Below are positions 50,234 through 63,200 of a stretch of 64,000 nt of DNA, piece after piece. Position numbers and translations under genes: made by a program. Where the stretch lies: the NCBI RefSeq assembly GCF_036365525.1, contig NC_090406.1:41569007-41633006 (forward strand), given 5' to 3'. Each line of letters opens with the position of its first letter. The stretch's first letter is position 1. The notes beneath the pieces were generated by a model. It ran no database searches. It worked only from the letters and a program-made list of their open reading frames with translations, and was not told where the DNA came from. Origin of the DNA: Heterodontus francisci. Taxonomy: Eukaryota.

Positions 50234-50939
50234 GAGAATCTTTGCAGGAATTATTTCTGTGTGTGTTCTGTCACCTTTTGTGCTCATCCTGATCTCTGAC
50301 ACCACCAAGTGATCTACATGCAAGAAGCCCTAACACAGGAGTAATGCACTGTTAATTCAGTCCCACAACTTTACAGGTCACAGCATATCAAGAAAGTTTT
50401 CTACCGACCAAAGAATAGCCAAATGAGGCACTCTATTTGACCCCAGAATAAAGCTGATCAAACCAGGTTTCTTTAAACAATAACATTTATTATTTCTTTT
50501 CTAATAAATAGTGTTAAACATTAATGAGATAAATCTATAGGTGAAAAGATTTTTTAAAAACTCCTTATTCTTCCTAGCTCTCGAGCACACACACATACAT
50601 TCAAAAACCGGTTAACCAGGGAAAAGGATTTTTTTTTTTGGTTTACAGCAGTTTCTTCGGAATAAGAAGGAAAAAATAAAATGATTGTGGTTATCACGTT
50701 CTGGTAGGATATTTTCGATACGGTGAGATGTCCCGGAGTTGAAGAGTTGGGTGCCACTCAATGTCTCTCCTGGCGACGTTGATAAACAGTCTGTGATGGG
50801 TAGGCATTCAAGGCAACTTTTCTGCAGCAGGTGTCACACAGGCCTTTCAGCAAAGGGTGTAGTAACAGGTCTGCTTGTGTTTTATAAAGCAGCAGTCTAG
50901 CAGTAGAAGATTTCTTGAGATTTCAGGGTTTCCCAAAAC

Positions 50940-52052
50940 ATAGAAACATAGATAATAGGAGCAGCAGTAGGGCATCCAGCCCTTCGGGCCTGCTCTGCCA
51001 TTCAAAAAAAGATCATAGCTGATCTTCTAATTCAGTACCCTGTTCCTACTTTCTCCCATATCACTTGATCCCTTTGGCAATAAAATATATCTATCTCCTT
51101 GAATATATTTAATGACTTTGTCTCAACTGCCTTCTGCGGTAGAGAATTCCACAGGTTCACCACCCTCTCAGTGAAGAAATTTCTCCTCATCTAGGTTCTA
51201 AATGGCATACCCCATAACCTGAGACTGTGACCCCTGGTTCTGGACTCCCCAGCCATTGGGAACATCCTCCCTGCATCTTGCCTGTCTAGTCCTGTTAGAA
51301 CTTTATAGGTTTCTTTGAGGTCCCCTCTCATTCTTCTAAACTCTAGTGAATATAGGCCTAGTCAACCCAATCTCTCCTCATACGTCAATCCTGCTATCCC
51401 AGGAATCAGCCTAGTAAATCTTCTTTGCACTCCCTCTATGGCAAGAACATCCTTCCTCTGATCAGGAGAACAAAACTGCACACAACACTCCAGAGGTGGT
51501 CGCACCAAGGCCTTGTATAACTGCAGTAAGACATCCTTGCTCCTGTACTTAAATTGTCTTACAATGAAGGCCAACATACCATTCGCCTTCCTAACTGCTT
51601 GCTGCACCTGAATGCTTGCTTTCAGCGACTGGTATACAAGGACACCCAGGTCTTGTTGCACCTCCCCCTTTCCCAATCTATCACCATTCAGATAATCTGC
51701 CTTTCTGTTTTTACAACCAAAGTGGATAAGCTCGCATTTATTCACATTACACTGCATCTGCCATGCATTTGCCCACTCACCCAACTTATCCAAATCACAC
51801 TGGAGCCTCTTTGCATCCTCCTCACAGCTCACATACCCCACCCCAGCTTTCTGTTGTCTCTAAACTTGGAAATGTTACATTTAGTTTCCTCACCCAAATC
51901 ATTAATATATATTGTGAATAGCTGGGACCCAAGCACTGATCACTGCGGTACCCCACTAGTCACTGCCTGCCACCCGGAAAAAGACCCATTTACCCCTACT
52001 CTCTGTTTCCTGTCTGTCAACCAAATCTCAATCCATGACGGTATATTACCCC
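50940..52052 (-). mobile_element. CR1 fragment
   Basis: ORF 51362-51841, VTSGVPQ and a CR1 tail. Confidence 0.88.
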
Positions 52053-52639
52053 CAATCCCCCAAAAACACAGGAGGCAACAGGAACCACTCTCGAGGGAAG
52101 GTTTCTTCAAAGACTGGAAGCAATAGGATTCTGCTACCTCTGACATGGAGGGGTTTCTTCTCTGAAAAGCAGTCTTCCTCTTCAGAGAGAAGTAACTTTT
52201 TATCCTGGGTCTTTTTTCTCTCTCCAGGCAGATCACAGCCGTATTTCAAATGCAGGGTTTCTTTTCAAGGGATGCAAGTCTTCCTTTAGAGAGAGAGGTC
52301 TTTTTCTCCAGTTTTCAGGCAGGTCATAGCCAGATTTCAACTGCCTACTGCTTGTCCAGATCACTGGTCGTTTCACAATCCAAAAGTGAAACTAACTTCA
52401 ATAATCAAGTCACATGACAATCATAAATCTTGACCTGTCAGTCCCTGCTGTGTTGTTTGGAAACATGCGCCTTGCAAGTGTGAGTATTTCACTCAGTTCA
52501 AACCCACCAAGTTTCAGCAATCACTGTCCACAGAAAAATCGTTACGATCTAAAAGCAGGAGTTCAAAATATTTTAAACATATTTTTGCGCACATGCCCCT
52601 CACTCACTCTACTGGTAGTTAACACAACTTAGTTTTGTA

Positions 52640-55530
52640 CCATTGTCACTCATGTAACTCAACAAAGTTATATTCGTGACAAAGCATCTGTGATAATATT
52701 GTTTTTTTCCACGAAATGTTTATAATCTTTAAATGATAAGGCTGTAACAATAAACTCCATCTGAATATTCTGGCATTTTGGGTTTTAAATTTTTCCACAA
52801 GGTACTCCCAATCAGCCAATTGCAACTTTCCAAACATGGTCTCCCAGTTGTTTCATGTGTTCCTTCCAAGTATCCCTCTATATCAGTACCTCAGCAAGGT
52901 GAACTGCACAGTTAGGAACTCTGGCCTCCACTGAGTTCACTAGACTCGGAGACATTTTTTGAGTATCCATTAAACTGTGTGGTATCATTTGATGCTGGAA
53001 AACCCTGTCCAGTGTGACAAAAACTGATTCTTCCTTAGCTTGACGTGATAAAGGAATTTGCCAGTATCACTTTAGCACATCTATCTTTATAAGAAACATA
53101 GCACTTCCCACTCTGACAATACAGAGTTCCAAGCGAGGAATTGGGTAGGAGTTTACCTTCATTACTGCATTGGCTTTTCTGTAGTCCATGCAAAATCAGG
53201 TTGACCCATCAGGTTTAGGCACTAATACTACTGGTGAACTCCAGCTACTTTGACTAGGTTCAATTAAATTGTTTTCCAGCATGTATTGGATTTCTGCTTT
53301 TACTTGGGCCTGTTTGTCTGGACATAAGCAGTAAGGATGTTGTTTTATAGGAACAGTTTCCCCCACTTCCACATCATGTACAGCTAAGGATGTACATCCT
53401 GGCTTATCCTGATTGACTCTTTTAAATGCTATGAGTTGCTTTTTTAGGTGTTCTCGTTGTTCTGTATTTAAGTACAAAAGCATGTTGTCCAAATTTCCTC
53501 GCCATTCTGTATTAGCTAGCTGGATAGTAGGCGCTCAATTTGAGTATTGTCTAGGCCTCCTTCTGCCTCATCCTCACTAGCCCTTGCATTCTTATCTGCC
53601 CCTATTACCTGACACACCTGTACTGTCTGATCCTCCTCCCTGCGATAATATTGCTTTAACATATTGATATGACACAGCCGATTCTTTTTCCGGTGATCTG
53701 CGGTGTCAATCAAGAAATTTACCTTACCCACTATTTTTGACCACTGTAAATGGACCACTGAACCGTGATTTTAATGGTTCACCCTGTAAAGGTAATAATA
53801 CTAATGCTTCATCCCCTGGCTGAAAAGTTCGGTTCTTTGTGTTCTTGTCTGCCCATTTTTCCATCGTGGTTTAGGATGCTTTAAGGTGTTCCCGAGCTAC
53901 ATTACAATCTTTCGTGAACCTTTCCCGGAACACGGATACATAGTCTATTATTGAAGATTCATTCATTTGTTCAAAGAACCTGTCTTTGATGAGTTTTAGA
54001 GAACCTCTTATTTCATGTCTGTAAACCAATTCGAAAGGACTAAAACCTGTAGACTCATTCGGTGAATGTCTCGCAGCAAATAAAAGAAAGTCTAGCCCTT
54101 TATCCAAATCATGGGGATATTCATGACAGTATACTCTAATCACTGTTTTGAGAGTTTGACAGTACCTTTCTAAAGCTTCCTGTGTCTGTGGGTGATATGC
54201 TGAAGATTTTAACTATTTGATACCCAAATTGCCCGTGACTTCTTAAAACATCTTAGATATAAAATTGGAACCTTGATCCAATTGAACTTCAAGTGGTAAT
54301 CCATATCTCGTAAAGAATTGGGTTAACTTCTCTACTACTACTTTGGTAGTAATTTTCCTCTGGAAATCGAGTAGCCATATCCATGATAGTGAGTATATAT
54401 TGATGTCTGCTTTTGTTTTTGGCAAGCGTCCTACGCAGTCTACCAATACCCTACTAAATGGCTCCTCAATAACTGGTATGGGAATTAGAGGTGCCAGTTT
54501 TATGGTAGGTTGTGGTTTTCCCACCATTTGGCATGTCCTACAAAACTGCACCTTCGTAAGGCCTGGCCAGTAATAATGATGACTAATATGTGATTTGGTC
54601 TTCTGAATCCCCCTATGTCCTGCTAAAGGAATATCATGTGCTAACCTTAATAATTCCTGGTGATTTTTGTGTGGTACCACTACCTGTTGAACAACAATCT
54701 AGTCTTCATCTGCAGTTCTCTGAGGGTGTCTACATTTCGTCATCGACATAATAGCCTTTTGGAACTCCTTTTGCCTCAGCTTCTGCCAGATCGTACTGTG
54801 TTATTCTATGTAACTCTGGATCATCTTGTTGTGCTACAGGAAAATCTGATACTTTTGCTCCAGCCAAATCATTCCTCGGAGTAGATCAATTCCATCTACT
54901 GGCAAGCTATGGACAACTCCTACAGTTACCAATCCAGACATTACGTCACGCTCTAGGTGCACTTGATAGAAAGAAATACTCCTCACCAATACCCTTAACT
55001 AAAACTTCAGCATTCAGTGTGCTCTCTGGTGAAAATGTTATACCTTTCCCCAGCAAAAGAGTTTGGTTTGATCCTGTATCCCTAAGTATAATGGTAGGTT
55101 TGCCTGCCTCACTTGAGGGATATGGAGTTACTTTTCCTTTTGACAAGAATCCCTTATAACTTTCAGGTATCTTATTCTCAACACCTAAACTCACTTTGGT
55201 TTTTGTATCTTGTTTTACAGCTGCCGTCAACGCTACAGCCTGGTCTGCTGTACTCTCAGTCAGCACTCCTTTCTCTGCGTTAGCTTTGAATACCCCAACA
55301 AGTCCCATGGGTTTGCCTTGCAACTTCCAACATTCTGAACGAAGATGTCCCACCTTATGGCAATGATAACACTTCGGCTTGCGGACCTCACTTCTACCCT
55401 CGGCACCTTCCTTTCTGGCCTAAGGAGGGGATCCTGGGGTGTTCCTAGCTGTTCCTTCTTGGTCCTGGCTACTTGCCGTCCTTTCACTCTCCCAATTTCT
55501 ACACTTCTTGGTGTTGTGAGGGTGACGGAC
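52640..55530 (-). mobile_element. Gypsy LTR retrotransposon relic, Gmr1-type domain order
   Basis: Gag knuckle CYHCHKVGHLRSEC, protease LRDTGS, integrase (HDIPLAGH, DCVG, DQGS, TGFSPFELV), RT (PIKQHPY, SWSSPVVLVPKPDG) and RNase H end (RWSLLLQPY). Confidence 0.9.
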
Positions 55531-55709
55531 AAAAGGTTTTGGCTAATTCGCAAGCTCAGAATCACCAGTGATTTCCGCTGCTTGCCTAGCTTTTGAGAGC
55601 TTGTGCTTCTCTACATCACTAGAGGACCAACCTGCTCAACATTTCCTCTTAAGACAACCCTTTCGTCCCAGGAATCAACCCAGTGAACCTTCTCTGAACT
55701 GCTTCCAAT

Positions 55710-56064
55710 TAAAGGCCTGCTACCTGACCCAAATCCGATGGGACCCGACGACATGTGTCGGGTTTGGGTCGGGTCGGGTTGCGCTTGTGGGTCCAGCATT
55801 TGGGCTCGGGTTGGGCCGGGTCGGACACCTTCTATCACAGGTAAGTGGCTCCAATGTTAATTTAATTTTTGAATTAGAAAGGTGGTTTTGCTACAGTTAT
55901 TTTAAGCTTGTGCAGATCAGCAACAAAGTGAAAAACGGAAGGTAAGTTAACTGATGGTCAGGTCAGGAAAAAATGGAAGGACTCGGGCTGGGTCGGGATC
56001 AGGTCGGATGTGGTTCTGTTGAGCTCAGGTTGGGTTTAATTTTGTAGACCCGAGCAGGCCTTTG
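55710..56064. mobile_element. hAT-like MITE
   Basis: TIR TAAAGGCCTGCT / AGCAGGCCTTTG with subterminal CCCGA/TCGGG repeats. Confidence 0.75.
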
Positions 56065-56396
56065 GTATTCTAGGTGTGGTCTCACCAATGCCCTGTACAG
56101 TTGTAGCAAGACTTGCCTACTTTTATACTCCATCCTCCTTGCAATAAAGGCCACCATTCCATTTGCCTTCCTCACTAGTCGCTGTACCTGCATTTTAGCT
56201 TTTTGTGATTCATGTACAAGAATACCCAGATCCCTCTGTACCACAGAATTGTGTTGTTTCTCTCCATTCAAATGATGTTTTGCTTTTCTATTCTCCCTAA
56301 CAAAGTCAATAACCTCACATTTTCCAACATTATACTCCATCTGCCAAATTTTTGCCCACTTACGTAACCTACCTATATCCCTTTGCAGACACTTTG

Positions 56397-57011
56397 GGGG
56401 GAATTTTATGCTGTCTGCTGTGCCGGGTTTGGAGATGAGGACCCCACCACCTTCCTGCCTCTCCCAAAATTCAGTCTGCAGTGGGTAGACATGTGAAGGG
56501 CTTTCCTGCCCCGCCACCAATTGAGGCCCTTCAGTGGGCAATTAATGCTGCACGGGAGGCACAGTACAAAAAACCATGCAGGCTGCTTCCTGGCTCCAGG
56601 AGATGGTGACAATCCTTGTTAAAAGGCACTTAATGCCTGATTGAGGGACCTGGGATCAGTGGGGGAGCAGGGCCACAGAGAGGCACCCCTTGCCCTTGCA
56701 AATGCCCCCCCTACTCCCCTCTTCCTAGTGACCCCCACCCCCAGAGACCCCACCTACCCTGACCTACCTGTGGCCTGTGTCCAGCGATGCTCCTGGGCCT
56801 CGGGTAGGTGCTCCACTGGCAGCGGTAGCACTGCTCAGTGAAAGAGCTCTCTGACAGCAGGACTTACATCGCTGGGATCCATGATGCTGTGGATGGCCTG
56901 TTGTTAATTGGCAATGGATACGCCGGGCCTTCCACAGAAGACGCGGCATGAGGCTCTCGGCATCGCTTTTTCCAGATGTCAAGACCCTCACCGCCAGCAT
57001 TAAATCCCAAC
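56397..57011. mobile_element. Harbinger-type MITE
   Basis: Imperfect TIRs GGGGGAATTTTATGCTG / CAGCATTAAATCCCAAC; interrupts the CR1. Confidence 0.55.
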
Positions 57012-57419
57012 ACTTGGTCCTCCTGACAACTTACTTTCCCATCTATCTCTGTACCATCAGCAAATTTGGTTACCATACACTCTGTCGCTTCATTCAAGTC
57101 ATTATATAGATTGTAAATAGTTGAGGCCCCAGCACAGATCCCTGTGGCACCTCACTAGTTACAGTCTGGCAACCTGAAAATGACCCATTCATCCTGACTC
57201 TCTATTTCCTGTTATCCAATCCTCTATCCATGCTCATATATTATCCCAACACCATGAGCATTTATCTTGTGCAGTAATCTTCTATGTGGCACCTTATCGA
57301 ATGCCTTTTGGAAATCCAAATACAGTATATTGTTATCCACCCTCACCTATCATTATACCCTCAGAAAACTAATAAATTTCTGAAACAGGATTTCCCTTTC
57401 ATAAAACCATGTTGACTCT

Positions 57420-57780
57420 GCTCCATAGCCTCGCTCCTCCCTATCTTTGTAACCTCTCCTGTCCTATAACCCTCTATGATCTCTGCACTCCTCCAATCTG
57501 AACACTTTGCCATCCCCAATTTTAATTGCTCCATTATTGGCAGCCATGCCTTTAGCATTCTAGACCCTAAGCTCTGTAATGCCCTCACTAAACTTCTCTC
57601 TCTCTCTCCCTCCTCCTTTAAGACAATCCTTGACATCTCCCTCTTTGCCAAGTCATGGTCACCTTCCCAATATCTCTCCCTGTGGCTTAGTGTCAAATTT
57701 TGTTTGATTACACTCCTGTGAAAATCTTTGGGACATTTGACTACTGTAAAAGGGTGATATAAATGCAAGTTACTGCTGTG
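57420..57780 (+). mobile_element. L2-like 3' fragment
   Basis: IIGSHAFSILDPKLCNAL...SSFKTIL, similar to 8660-9090. Confidence 0.7.
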
Positions 57781-59238
57781 CTCAAAGGACAATGTAACGG
57801 ATGGCTTTTGTCACATACATTAGGGATGCCAAAACTGTAGCCCATGGGATTGATATGGCTCCTGAGCCATTCCAATCTTGCATTAGAAACCCAGGAAATC
57901 ATTCCTATTTGTGCTTATATTTTTCATTTGCTGTCCCATGTAAGTTGGCTGTTCGGCTTTCTAAACTTGATGGACGACCTCCACCCTCCAAAACCTCATC
58001 TCATCTGAAATGTGGCTGCCTGCATTGTGCACTAGGTCCCAGTCAATGATCTGAATAAGCTACATTGGCTCCTGTTCCCCAAAGTTTCCACTTCAAACTT
58101 CTCATCTTTCTTTGCCTCAACCCTATCTCTGTAATGTCCTCTAATTCTTCAACCCCACTCCCCACCTCACCGAACTCACTGTTCCTCTGACAAGGCCTTT
58201 TTGGTAACCTGCTGTCCCTTTAGCCCATCATTGATGGAAGTGCCTTCAATCATTGAGGCCCATGCTCTGGAATTCCCCCATAAATCTTTCTATCTCTATA
58301 ACTCCCTCTCTGCCTTGAAGACCTTTGTTAAAATTGCTTCTTTGACAAAGCTTTTGGTCACTTCATTGACTTCTTTGGCTTGGTGTCCTTTTTATCTGAC
58401 CACATCTCAGTGATTTTTAAAATTAGTTTGTGGGATGTGGGCATCGCTGGCTAGGCCAACATTTATTACCCTTCCATAATTGCTCCTGAGCAGGTGATGG
58501 TGAGCCACCATCTTGAACCACTGCCATCCTTGGTGTGTAGTATACACATAGTGCTGTTAGGACGGAAGTTCCAGGATTTTGACCCAGTGACAGAAAAGAT
58601 ACAGTGATATATTTGCAAGTCAGGATGGTGTCTGGTTTGGGGGGACCTTGCAGGTGGTGGTGTTCCCATGCATCTGTTGCCCTTCTCCTTCTAGGTGGTA
58701 GACATTGCGGGTTTGGAAGATGCTGTCGAAGGAATTGTCTCCAGAATTCTATTGTGTTGGAAGCACTTTATAAAGACAAGCTGTTGCTGGTGAGAATGGT
58801 GGCGGATCTGGCCTGATTTTTGGCTCCTGATTTCCTAGTTTGGGAACCAAGGTCCCGGGTATTTTTCTGGCTGTTTTTAAAGCCATGCCTATTTAGGACA
58901 AATAGGCTTTTGCTGGACGAAGAAATTGAAGTAGAGTTTTATATTACAGAAAGCCAGTTAGTGAAGGATATCACTGGAGACAATTTTTTTACACACTTTT
59001 ATACCTCATTTGATCCAACCAGAAGGTTGCCAATAAAGAGGAAATAAGTGCCCCTCTAGAAAGTGCACCACTAACATATTGCAACAAAATAATCTTAGTG
59101 CAGACTTAGCTTATCAAATTAAAATGACATTTCCGGGGTGATGATGCATTATGGCCCCGCTAACTGACCTCCCTTGCCTCTCCGGGGCCTGACCGATTGT
59201 CCCCGGCAAAGCCTTAAAAACATCTTAGTTCTCGGGCT

Positions 59239-59924
59239 TGCCATTTCAACACTCCCCCCTGCTCTCATGCTCACATCTCTGTCCTGGGATTGCTGCAGTG
59301 TTCCAGTGAACATCAACGCAAGCTCGAGGAACAGCATCTCATCTACCGATTAGGCACACTACAGCCTGCCGGACTGAACATTGAGTTCAATAATTTCAGA
59401 GCATGACAGCCCCCCACTTTACTTTCATTTTTAGTCATTTTTAGTTATTTTTTCTTCCCTTTTTTTTGCATTCCTTTTTACATTTTTTACAATCTTTTTT
59501 TGCATTTATTTCATTTCATCTTAGTTTGTTCAGTTTGCTTACCCACTGTTTTTTTCAGGTTGTTTTTCTTCAGGTTTGCACTTGCTGATGTTCAGTATTC
59601 AGTCTATTCACACCTATTCTGTACTAATGCTTTGTCTTTCAACACACCATTAACATATTGTTTGCCTTTGCTCCGTGACCTTTTGGTCAGCTATGTGGCC
59701 TGGTCCAATCTGCACCTTCTCCTTTGTTATCTCTTGCCCAACCCCCACCTCACTTGTTTATAATCTGTGACTTTTCTAATATTTGTCAGTTCCGAAGAAG
59801 GGTCACTGACCCGAAACGTTAACTCTGCTTCTCTTTCCACAGATGCTGCCAGACCTGCTGAGTGAATCCAGCATTTCTTGTTTTTGTTTCAGATTTCCAG
59901 CATCCGCAGTATTTTGCTTTTATT
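59239..59924 (+). mobile_element. 5'-truncated Penelope copy (same family as 3764-8631)
   Basis: Matches about 7997-8630 plus the tail. 14-bp TSD TTAGTTCTCGGGCT at 59225-59238 and 59925-59938. Confidence 0.92.
59788..59824 (+). ncRNA. Minimal hammerhead-like motif in Penelope 3' fragment
   Basis: Same 37-nt motif as 8534-8570. Confidence 0.6.
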
Positions 59925-60215
59925 TTAGTTCTCGGGCTGCCCTTCATCCTGCTTGCGATGACTGGGTGTAGTCCCACCAGTGGCCACTGCTCCCAATGGC
60001 GCTGCTGGGACTAAGAACTGCCGGCTTTGCTGATTGGCCGGCAGCTCCATTAGTCAAGCTTCCTGCCTCAAGGTGTTGGATGTCCCACTCAAGGCCAATT
60101 AAAGGCTTGGGGCGGCAAAAAATCCCGGTCAGGTTCCCCAGGCCCGGTGGAGCTGTGCTGGCCACCAACTTTACGGCCGGTGGATGAGGCCTCCCGGCTA
60201 ACGAAAAATTCCTGC

Positions 60216-63200
60216 CAGAGAGACCATTTCACCCATCAAATCCGTGCAGGCATTTTTCTCCAAATGAATCATTTAGTCTAATCTCACTCCTGTTGGCTTC
60301 TCAAGCCCTTCAGTCTTTTTCAATCACCCTCCAATCATCTTTCAAAAATACACATGCACTCTGCTTCAGCAACAGTTAGCATATTCTGAACAAACCTTTG
60401 CAAAAAAAATTATTTGTAATTATCTTCAATTTTTCTCTCTTGTTTGAACAGTGAGAGCACTGTGTCACTGTTTGACTTGTAGTCCTTCAGAGGTTTGAAG
60501 ACCTCAATTAGTTCAGCCCTTAATCTAGTGCTGAAAAATAAATCCCAACACCTTGAAATCACTTCGAAAAAATATTACCCCTCCTCTCTGGTAACTATTT
60601 CTGCTGCTTTTAATTGTTCGACATCTGGAATAAGCTGGGAGGTTGTAACTCTAATTCTTAGTTATGTGGGTCTGATGGTTGTGGCATTTTTTGTAGTTAA
60701 ATAGTTGCTGTTGGTTGGACCTATTTTGTTTGCGAGCTGGCAGTTCTGATCTTTCTGACTTTCCTGCAGATAACTGGAGTGTTAAGGCCAAAATGAGAAA
60801 CATAACTGGTACAGGCCGCGTGAGGCACCTGAAGGTGGTGTATCGCAGATTCAGGTAAGGGATGTAGTGGCAGTGAGAAGCTACCCATACTGGTTGTGGA
60901 AGCAAAGTTAATGTTCCTGATGGCTATTCCAGTGTGTGTGATGATCAAGTGTCTACTTTTCCTGAAGATGAAAGACAAAAAATTAAAATGGGCCTTTAGA
61001 AAATATTGTTGGGTTGTAACTCTAGGAGAGGCTGGTAGTGAGGGGAGTATATCAGAAACAGGGTGGTGTTGGGGGGCATTGAGTGTATCTGGGAGAGGGC
61101 AGCGTTGCGTGTATCTGGGAAAGGGTGGTATGCTAGATTAGAGCACTGTCTCTATCTTCTGGAATCTAGTTTGAATCCAACCCACTCTGATGAATTTTCA
61201 GTGTCCCAAGTCAATTGGTTTTGGACACTGGGAGCCTTCTGGAAGTCAGACTGATGTAAGTTCTAGACATATTTAGACTATTTTAAGGCCATAAAACAGG
61301 AGGAAAATACCACAATGCTTTTATGATTTGGTTTTGCTGGGCTGGTTAGTGGGGGTGGGGGGGGGGTGCGGGTGCGGGGATGGGGGATGAATCTAAAATG
61401 CTTAGGGCATCGTGGCCCAAATTCATGATTAAAATTGTGCAAATGTTACGAATGCAGAGCGGGCATTTGGGAAACCCTCACTGGGTATATTTACATCTAT
61501 GTGTACTTCCTGTCTTTATAACCTTACTTCATGTTGTCACATTTGTCAGTTTTTCCATTCTAAAATTCCTGTATGTACATTCACCACGTCAACTTGGCAT
61601 GTGGTAACTACGCCCTCCTGTCAGTGATGGCGCTGTAGTGCTAGGCTTGGTGTCTCCTCCTTTCTCTATTTCCTAAATTGCCCTAAGTTTTGAAATTTAT
61701 AATATAAAATCAAAATAACACCACACACAGAGTAACAGCCAAATGTCGTCTTCGGATGACCAAGTTAGCGAATAGGTCATAATTGGATCAGTATGTGCTT
61801 TTATAAGTAGCCTCATTTTAATTTCTTATTATTTGTATACTTTCATTTATAATAATCTTGGTTAAAGGAAGGAAGGATTTGACATCTTTCATGTCTTCAG
61901 GATGTTCCAAAATGCTGCATAGCAAAGCCTGAGGCAATTTGGGAAGTCTTTTTGGAGCTTAGGGTTTTTCCACAATAAAGGTGATGGAGCTTGGAGAAAC
62001 AAAACTGACACTACAATGCGAGCGCTGTCTGGAGGACATAGTTTCAGCATGAAAATCATCAAACTTAGAGAGGATAAAACCTCTGGTCCACATGGATTGC
62101 ATCCATGCAAATTTAAAAAGAGTTAGGGAAGAGATAACAGAGGCACTATTACATAAATATAAAAAAATCATTAGAAAAGGAAATAGTGCCAGAGGACTGA
62201 TGGACAGTTAATGTTTTTTGTATTTAAAGAAGGAGATAGAACTAGTCCAAGAGCATGGGAACAGGAGTAGGCTCTTTAACCCTTGAGCCTCTTCCGCCAT
62301 TTAATAACCTTCTAAATTCCAAGAGTCCAGGTATCATTCTGATAAATTAATGCTGCACTCCTATATCCTTCCTGAGGTGTGGTGCCCAGAACTTCTTGCA
62401 GTGATCCAGGTGTGGTCTAATTAGGGTTTTGTATAGCTGAAGGATGATTTCAAATCCCTTCTATTTTATTCCTCGAGCTATAAAAACCAATTTTCCATTA
62501 GTCCTTGATTATTTTCTGTATCTGTTCATGACATTTTAATGATCTATGCACCTGGATCCCCAAATCTCTTTGGACCTTCAATGTTTCTAGCTTTTCATTA
62601 TTTAGTAAGGACCCTGTTCTATCCTTTAGGTCCAAAGTAGATGATCTCACATTTGCCTACATTCAAATCCATTTGCCACTGTTTTGCTTATTCACTTAAT
62701 CTATCAATATCTTTGTAGTTTTATGCTTCCATCTACTCTATTTACAATGTTATCTATCTTTCCGTCATCTGCAAGCTAGAATTAGTGGCTTTCTATCTCA
62801 ATATCTAAGTCATGAATAAATATGGTGAATAGTCGAAGGCTCAACACAGATTCTTGCAGGACACCACGAGTCGCATCCTGCCAATTGGACTATGCGCCCA
62901 TTATCCCTACTCTCTGTCTCCTGCCGTTCAGCCAATTTCCTAACCAGGACAGTAGTTTGCCTTTAATTCCATGACCTTCAACTTTAGCTAATAGTCTCCT
63001 ATGAGGGACTTTATCAAATGCCTTCTGGACATCCAAATAAATGACATCCATAGTCATTCTTCTGTCCACTACTTTAGTCATCTCTTCAGAAAATCAATCA
63101 AGTGTGTCAGAATCACAGAACTATAGACAAGTTAGATTTGTGCTCGGAAAAATAATGGAATCTTTACTCAAAGATGTAATAGGAAAGCATCTAGAAACTC

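Larger units (their letters stand above)
55610..57420 (-). mobile_element. Fragmented CR1 interrupted by two MITEs
   Basis: WQMEYNVGKC, KFADGT and SQHGFMKGKSC motifs. Confidence 0.8.
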
